64,000 bases of DNA from Macrostomum lignano (lineage: Eukaryota): the NCBI GenBank assembly GCA_002269645.1, contig NIVC01000224.1, positions 186,001-250,000 of the forward strand. The letters run 5' to 3'. Under the pieces are notes generated by a model, which was not told the DNA's origin, made no database searches, and saw only the letters and a program-made list of their open reading frames with translations. The position numbers and the translations under genes are program-made. Below are positions 61,930-64,000 of this stretch, one piece after another; the first letter of the stretch is position 1; each line of letters begins with the position of its first letter.

Positions 61930-62995
61930 CTGCATGGCATCTCGCAATAGAGAGTGCGAGTACGTGACGTAGATCCCATTAACGACTTACTCATTCTCAC
62001 GCGCAAATGGCGAAGACTTCGTACGTGTAGCTTGCGCGTACCCTCGCCATCAAACAAACGACTGCGTACACCATCGTGAAATATGGAAGGCCCGCAAAGC
62101 TTCCGCGAGGGGAGGTGGCACCTTTTCGGGTCGACCAAGAAATGCTGGACTTCATGGAGGAAGCCATTTACCACGAACCCGACTGTGACTTTAGCCGAGT
62201 TGAAAACTGGATTTGCATGCTCGGTATCCTGACATACAAGCATGAGGTCGCCATCGCAACAACATGTCGGCACTTCGACGTGCTGTTGTACACAACGAAG
62301 CTCGTGAGAGAGTTGCAGTCCCGCGTAGTCAACAGTCCAAAGATCCAGTGGACGAGTTCGGCTTCAATTGTTGGACTCGACGCACACAGGGGGGCGTACA
62401 GATTCGTCGCTGATTTAAAGGGTCCTCCGTTTGTCGGTTTGCTGCGCAGTATCTCCAGGGGTTGGATGGAGCAATGCACTTCAAAACTATCCAATTGGCA
62501 TGACGAAGGACTGCTTTGGTGAATTTCTCAACATCCTGGCCGGCAACATCCAAGCTGCACTCAATGTGCCAGCATACATTATCTACGAGCCATTTTATTT
62601 GCAGAGCCATTTTATTTGCACACCCGTGCAGATAGTGCTGACACCTGGCATCGCGGCCAGAGTATCAGGCCGCGGATGACCTCGTTTGGCTCGGGGGCCG
62701 CGCTTCGGCTGCGGCAGCAAAGCTCATCACAGCAGGGACTCGCAGAGGTCAGCGCAGCGCGCAACGCCGCACTGAGCGGCGGCGCGAGCGCAACCGGCGA
62801 GGGCGACTCCGTGGCGCGGCCAGGCGCCTGTTGTCCGCAGTCCCTGCTACCTCAACTATGGATCCGCCGGGTGGCGCCGGGGACCACGAGGCCAACCTCC
62901 ATCTGGCCCCTATTCCTAAGGGATTGGATAGGATCTGCGGACCGATTCCAATACCCTTAGAGGATTATCAATTGATGATTTTGGTACCCTAGAGT
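61930..62995 (+). pseudogene. Frameshifted coding relic of unknown family
   Basis: GC-rich island with successive protein-like segments in different frames (62076-62522, 62431-62679, about 62647-62992). Confidence 0.4.
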
Positions 62996-63134
62996 AACCG
63001 ATAGGGGCACACGACTCCGATTCCGTTATTTAAAGAAGAAGACGCCCTTTCTTGAGAACCTCGAATCTGTGTTTAAAAAGAAATTTGTCAAACAGCAGCA
63101 CAACAGTAACAGCTCTGAAAACTTCTTTATTTCA

Positions 63135-63580
63135 CGCAACATATTGGCAGCTGCCGGTAAAAGTAAACGCAATTGTTATCTAAAGTACGTTACTACTAAA
63201 AATATCAATAAAACCAACTGCAAGACAGCAGAAACCGGTACATTAGCTTGGCTGGTACATATTTGGAAGTTTTAAAATTCAATAAAAGCTATCACAGATA
63301 TTATCAGGACTCATAAAGCCTCCAATATTAGATGAGACAGATGAGTAGAAATGCATGCAATTGAGCACTGTCAAGCATCAGATTTGCAACAACTCACATG
63401 GTAAAGTCAAACACTTGAGAATGCTTTGAGTCAAACTGTCTGAATAGAACAGATACAAATCATATTTTATTGGAGCACGGCTTAACAAATAAACTCTAAC
63501 AGCAACTTTGAGTAGCCTCAAGCGGCAGAAGCTCTGATGAGACAAAAATCTGGCGCCAGCATTCATGTTTAGAATGTCAC
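63135..63580 (+). repeat. Dispersed repeat, homolog of 37735-38160
   Basis: Colinear conserved blocks. Confidence 0.85.
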
Positions 63581-64000
63581 CTGATTATTCGCTTATTCTT
63601 CACTTATTCACGAAGGTAGCCAGAATAACCTGGTAGTTTAGAAGTTAAACCCACAGATGAACCTCCTGATCAATCATAATCACAGATTAGCTCTACAAGC
63701 AGATCTAAAGGAAAACCAAATCAACGCGTCAATGTAAAGTCTGCTAACAGAATTCACGAAAATTGGTGCTCCGAGTTTGTAACTGAAATTTTGAAATTTG
63801 GCAAAGCATAACAATTTCGTAAAGCAGATCCATTTAAAAATCAAAGACGAGCTCATTTTCTATTCTGTGCTCACAGGCTGCGGTAAAACAGCTCCAATTA
63901 ATTGGTCCAACATGCAGATTATAAAAATAAAAATTTGTAATTCAGCAAAAACATGGCGATAACAGGTAAATTCACAATCATCCGCCGTCAATCAGCAGAA

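Overview
Repeat-dominated eukaryotic (metazoan) genomic DNA; there is no prokaryotic operon or CRISPR structure. The GC-rich exons separated by minisatellite-filled introns resemble what is described for the flatworm Macrostomum, but that attribution is inference only. Contents: (1) the 3' part of a spliced FMNL-type formin gene (5 exons, 125-12212), with a different tandem repeat family in every intron; (2) two intact 3-exon GT10 alpha-1,3-fucosyltransferase paralogs in an inverted duplication (24253-26766 +, 39083-41766 -), each followed by a homologous but separately homogenised satellite; (3) two mariner elements, two tRNA-derived SINE families, Gypsy integrase and non-LTR RNase H fragments, and hAT MITEs; (4) a nested structure at 42.6-60.2 kb. 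There, a young non-autonomous LTR element (tRNA-Gln PBS, PPT) has a 3' LTR split by two EnSpm/CACTA-type insertions at the same CC-TT-AT target. One insertion is an apparently complete 10.2-kb element with an intact transposase and a divergent, intact 6-exon accessory gene containing coding tandem repeats. (5) Two foldback-like elements in which one arm has expanded into a satellite. All exon boundaries, TIRs and TSDs were read by eye; no searches or alignments were run.
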